Part shown: one piece after another, positions 59,356 through 64,000 of the stretch
Position numbering within the stretch: position 1 is the stretch's first letter
How the letters are laid out: each line of letters starts with the position of its first letter
Origin: Amoebophrya sp. A120
Taxonomy: Eukaryota; Protista; Dinoflagellata
Direction of reading: 5' to 3'
DNA: 64,000 bases
Assembly: GCA_905178155.1 (NCBI GenBank)
Contig: CAJINV010000004.1
Span: forward strand, 10,585,655-10,649,654
The notes under the pieces: generated by a model
Database searches by the model: none
Told to the model about the DNA's origin: nothing
What the model saw: the letters and a program-made list of their open reading frames with translations, nothing else
Translations under genes and position numbers: made by a program

Positions 59356-61070
59356 ATGGCCTCTGCGACGAGCAAGACGGCTCTGACTGGCGGTTCTTAC
59401 GAGCGGATCGACCAAGAGCAGCACATCCTCGACGCCCAGCGACATTACGAGCAGCAAGACTCGCACACGCCCGATGCCGAGCATCCCATCCCGTTGCACG
59501 AACTTGGGAACCGGAGTGTCACCGTTTATAACAACGTCGAGCAGGAGGCCATTGAGAAGGTACTGACCGTCGTCGACAGGATCGCGGACAAGCGGCGAGA
59601 GGACGGGTTGACGGAAGTGTTCTTCGCCCTGGGGGTGCTCAACCTGATCCTGATCACCTTTACCTTCGGCGCCTTTCCGGAGCACTTCTGGGTGCTGTTC
59701 GTGTGTGAAGGGTGTGTTTTGTTTCCGCTTCGGTTGTACAAGATGGAGCAGGCGCGGCCGAAGCAGACGCCGTCGTGGCTGGAGTTCTGTTGGGTCATGA
59801 ACTTTTCTGGCTTCGTGTACCTGTTTCTGCTCGCTCTGGACAAGCACGGGATGCACGATGCCAACATTATCGGGGACTTTCTGTCCAAGTCCACGCGGGA
59901 AGAGATCTTCGTGGTGACGTGGGCGGTAGCGACGGGACCTCTGCTCGGAGCGGTCATTGCGCTACAAAACGCCATCGTATAGATATCTGAATGCTCCTTA
60001 TTTTTACGTAGTAGATAGAGCTGTTCGTTGACTTTTCTGAATCAGAGTGGCGCTTTTGCTAGTCATTTTTCCTGCTGGAGTTTTTTTTGTAGTGAAAAAA
60101 GAAAACAAAACTATGAAACTACGCAACCTCTTTCTTTGTCTTTCTTAAGAAAATTCTTGATCCGCAAAAAAAAATAGATCTTTCACGACGTGAACAACCT
60201 GAATTCCGTCTTCATTCACTTTTTCCCGGCGCTCGTGTGCTTCACGCTCCGCTGGCGGTCGGAGGCGGTGCGGAAGGCGTGGCCGACGATGTTTGAGCTG
60301 GATTACTTCGACAAGATCACCACTTTCCACATCTGCACTTCCCTCGTAGTGGTCTACGTATTCTGGTTGATTCCCTACTCCCTCTGGATGTTGGTGTACG
60401 GCATGAAGATGCCGCAAAGGGGGGTGTACGAAACCGTGTTCCACTACAATATGCGCGGGGGCTTCCACAAAAAGACGGGACGGTTGTTCGGAAGAAGCCC
60501 AGCGGAGATACAACGCCGGCTGGAGCAGCAGGACTGGGTCTGGCACCAGGTATCAAGGAAAAGCTTGCCGCGTCGCGATCATTTATCGGCAATCTTGCAT
60601 TACTAAGTACACCAGAAAACTTAAACTACACGAACTGTACCTATGCAGCAAAATGCATCACAGTCTTCAAATTTCATACGGATTCACAAAGATTTCCCTC
60701 GTGATGTTTGCAAAATACAAGAAGCAGTAGAAGAAGTCGTTGTACTAAAAATGCTTCGGAAGATTTGATGTCATGCAAATAAACCGGCAAAATAGTCTGA
60801 GTGTGACGAACATCTCTTTTCCTTCCATACTCGGACTTCCTCGTTTACCAATTTCTCCAGCTCTGCCTCACCTTTGCGTCCGGCTGGACCTTCTCCGTGC
60901 TGTGTTTTCAGTCGGAGTACTTGCACGGTTCGGTGCTGCTCCTAACCCTGTTGTCGAGTGTGTACCACGGATCCAGGCGGTACACCTACATCATCCTCAA
61001 GTCCTACGGCGACGGGATACGAAAGGAGGCCGGGATTCGGCAAGAGAATGCGTCGAAAGCTGCGTTGTAG
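59356..61070 (+). CDS. GPC1: Glycerophosphocholine acyltransferase GPC1-like (DUF2838) membrane protein
   Basis: WLEFCWVMN, TGPLLGAVIALQNAIV|FHDVNNLNSVFIHFFP; multiple TM segments; only canonical introns seen; last exon 60861-61070. Confidence 0.75.
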
Positions 61071-61834
61071 TAGTCCTGCAAAAGTTGGGATTTCATTTGG
61101 AGAATTGCATTTGTTTCGATTGTACCAAAGGAAGTTGTAAAGTAAAAGTAATGAAATGTTGTTGTGCCTCGATGTAGCAACTGCAACAATAGCGGAGCTC
61201 GAAAAGCTACGGGTTGTTACTCTCTTCACAACGAACGGGCGGGATGTAAATGTAGGATTGAAAGCGATTCACTTTGTTTCTACTTCCTCCGGCGGTTTCA
61301 ACCGCTGTAATACATACCGAAATTCAGCAGTTTCGATGTCAAAAATATGAGGGTGCGCAGCACATCGATCTCCGACAAGGTTTTAGACGTTCTTCCGCCA
61401 TCGCGGCCCAGCTGGTGTAGTGATTTGTTTGTGAGTGTTCCTGGGTAGTTCTCTGCCTCTCTCATCGTGAACATCGTTTCATTTCGCAGCTGGACCTCCT
61501 GGCAGCACCCGTATCAGCAGTTAGGACAAAAGCCCGGACGAGATTGTCGTGGTTAGAAATTGCGAGCATGGATAGGTGTAGTAACCATGGTAGCGAGTAA
61601 GCGGCTGTGGCTGAACAGGTTTATCGCTTGAGGAATTCAAATGCAAAATCAAACAAAGCCACTGTATAGGAAGTCTGACCGCACGCGCACGCTACTTTGA
61701 AATAACAGGAGGAAAGTTTGTAGTGGCCGTGCAACAAGGAATCAAAAAATACTTATACTGAACGACCTCTGTAGATTTTTTACAGCTCCTACGCAAGAGT
61801 CAACTCCACACAGCAAAGAATCACAAAACAAAAA

Positions 61835-64000
61835 ATGGCCGACGACCCCATGAATATCGACGACGTCGGCTATATTCCGGCCGAGATCCGGGAGCAGACG
61901 GCAGGGTACGGGAACCGGAACGTGAAACAGGAGCCGCAGTACAGCAGCAACCAAAACGGCTATGCAACGAGGAAACTGTGTGCAGTGTAAGTCTTTAAAA
62001 ATGCATGACAGGATTTGTCTGCCATGCAGAACATATTTCTCATGCTGTCACCGGAAGACACCTACACTAACACAGTTTTTTTTTTATTGGAGAGCGGCGC
62101 GTCCGCGTCGTCGTCGTCGTCCAATGTGCGTCTGTTTGGCGGCGGCGGACTGGCGAGGCCGAACGTGAAAGAGGAAAGCAATTTGTCGGGTATGGTGGGC
62201 AACAACGACGGAGACCATCGTGAGAACAACGGCAACGACGGTAGTGCTCCCGCAAATTTGCAAGACGGCAGCAAGGCCAAGTCGGAGAACAAGTTGCTAT
62301 CTGGCAATTTGGACGAGAATGACATCGAAGATCAGGCAGCGAAGAAGAACGAGGAGAAAAAGCGTAAGGCACAGCGGAAAATGTATCCCAAAGGAAAGTA
62401 CACCCAAACTAGAAAAAAAAAAATTGTAAGTATGTATTTTTTTGAGAAAGTGTTGGTGTACTTTTCTGGAGGATAGAATGCCCACCTTGAAGCGGTCAAA
62501 GTTTCTGGATCCGAAAAACGGCATCTGGAAGATCAAAAACGAATTCGCTTCGCTCATGATCGAGCCTAGAAAGATTGACGAGGCAAAAATAAAAATTTTC
62601 AACAAGTCCGCGATCGACCTGCAAGAGGCAGCCAAGAAACACAAGTGCTACTGGAAATCCCACGACGCCAAGCCACACGAAATCATCTACGACATCGGGA
62701 AACGGGTATTTTTCCGTAGGGGGCCCTTTAATCCATGAAAGGAATGTAGTACAGCTGCTGCTGCACCCCCATGATCAAGAAGGTCAGACCGCAGGAGAAC
62801 AAGCATGAAAGTAGAAATTGTTACTTCAATTAGATCAAATGCAAAACAACTACAGGTATCCCTGACAGCAATCCACTTTACGTTACGTGGGTGCGACAAG
62901 GACAATATCAGCTACAATCCGAAGGGCGTGTCCGTCTCTTACGCACAAGAAAAAGAGCTCGCTCCCGACGCCCAGGCCTCCTGGTTGCCCGCGAAGAGAG
63001 TCTTCTGCCCGAAGGAAAATAAGGAGCTCGAGGTACTCGCATTTTGGGTTTTCTTTGGAAGTAGCAGCAAAAATATTTGAATCAGATAATCCTTTCGTGC
63101 TGGCTTATTAGAAAATTTTGCACCAACAAGACGTGTCTTTTACATCTTACATATATCTCCATCTTCCCTCTAACAACCAACACGAAAGGTTTCCTGGCGA
63201 TGCGAAGTGCCAGCGAGGTACTGATATCAAAGGGAAAAGTGCCTGTACACCAGGACCTGGATGCAATTGTCTTGCAAAAATTCTCAATGGAAACACTCCC
63301 TATTTTCTTGCAGGTGAAAAACATCAGCACAAGTTTTTCATTCAGAATAAGTAGAAAAATCTGCGAGTGCGTTGAGCAACAGTGGAGCTTGGCATGTCAA
63401 TAGGTGCTTTGCGCGCCTAGAATCTTAATCATGAAGCTGCCGAGTCCTTTGATGCAATAGAAAAAGTTAGTACCGGAGCGCCGTAATTCTTTTTTTCACC
63501 TGAGAAAAAGTTCGGAGCGCCCGAGGATGTATGACAGCGATGGCTTCGGTCCGCCTGGCTCCGCTACCTGGGTGGCGGCCTGACCGTCTGCGGAAGAAGT
63601 TCCAAAAGCAGGTTTGGCGTGGTTCGTGGCTCCTGCAATCGGATGCACAAGACAAAAAGTTTCCATTTGCAAACTGGGCATGATCTGATAAGATATGTTC
63701 CACTTCTTCTGGAGGGGATGCGGCACACCTTTTCACTATGATAACTAGCGGGTAGAATTCGAGCAGGCGTGGGACGACGCGCCGCACATGATCATCAGTG
63801 CCTGCAAGCTGATGGAGGCTAACAAGAAAGAATTCGGTAAGAAGGGCAACGAGTACGAGGATTTGTTCCAGATTTTGGATTATTTCCGAAAGTTCGCCAA
63901 ATCCTGCGACCAGAACCTGCATTTAGAGGATTTCATTCGGCACAGCGAGAACACTATCCGAAGTTGTAAAAACGTGCCCACCGCGGCCTCGCGAAAGGCA
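61835..64000 (+). CDS. Possible Swi3/TIPIN/Csm3-domain protein (3' end outside window)
   Basis: MPTLKRSKFLDPKNGIWKIK and, downstream, KEFGKKGNEYEDLFQILDYFRKFAKSCDQNLHLEDFI resemble the two halves of the Swi3 domain; several GT-AG introns. Confidence 0.5.
63955..64000. mobile_element. IE35, left end of a family-B-like element, truncated by the window edge
   Basis: tatccgaagttgtaaaaacgtgcccac resembles the family B TIR; right end not visible. Confidence 0.55.

Overview
Eukaryotic genomic DNA. Its architecture closely matches what is published for the parasitic dinoflagellate Amoebophrya; this is an inference, with no search run. The window opens with the 3' part of an intact Ty1/Copia LTR retrotransposon, followed by about 11 host genes, all on the + strand: UNC-45-like, a DCC1-like/LMF1 fusion, CorA-like, a Dpy-30-domain protein, SPAG17/PF6-like, an EF-hand/SH3b-like protein, GPC1-like, Swi3/TIPIN-like and hypothetical genes. 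The dominant feature is 34 complete (plus 1 truncated) 175-328 bp MITE-like insertions of six terminal-inverted-repeat (TIR) families, all inside coding exons. They have TAT...ATA ends and 5-bp direct repeats (TSDs), and occur in both orientations. Removing the element plus one TSD copy restores the reading frame, yet only about 3 of 34 can be read as GT-AG or GC-AG introns. They are non-canonical introner elements, a class known from Amoebophrya whose removal mechanism is, to my knowledge, unresolved. Less obvious signals: a TAT-N7-AAAAA end grammar shared by four families, a GCAWNACA motif repeated inside all six families and also present in ordinary GT-AG introns, length classes about 10 bp apart, and mismatched TSDs that could map the cut site. 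Separately, a ~2-kb insertion with a 39-bp target duplication carries a cold-shock-domain ORF, a 39-bp minisatellite and a duplicated RNA-like structure with compensatory changes.
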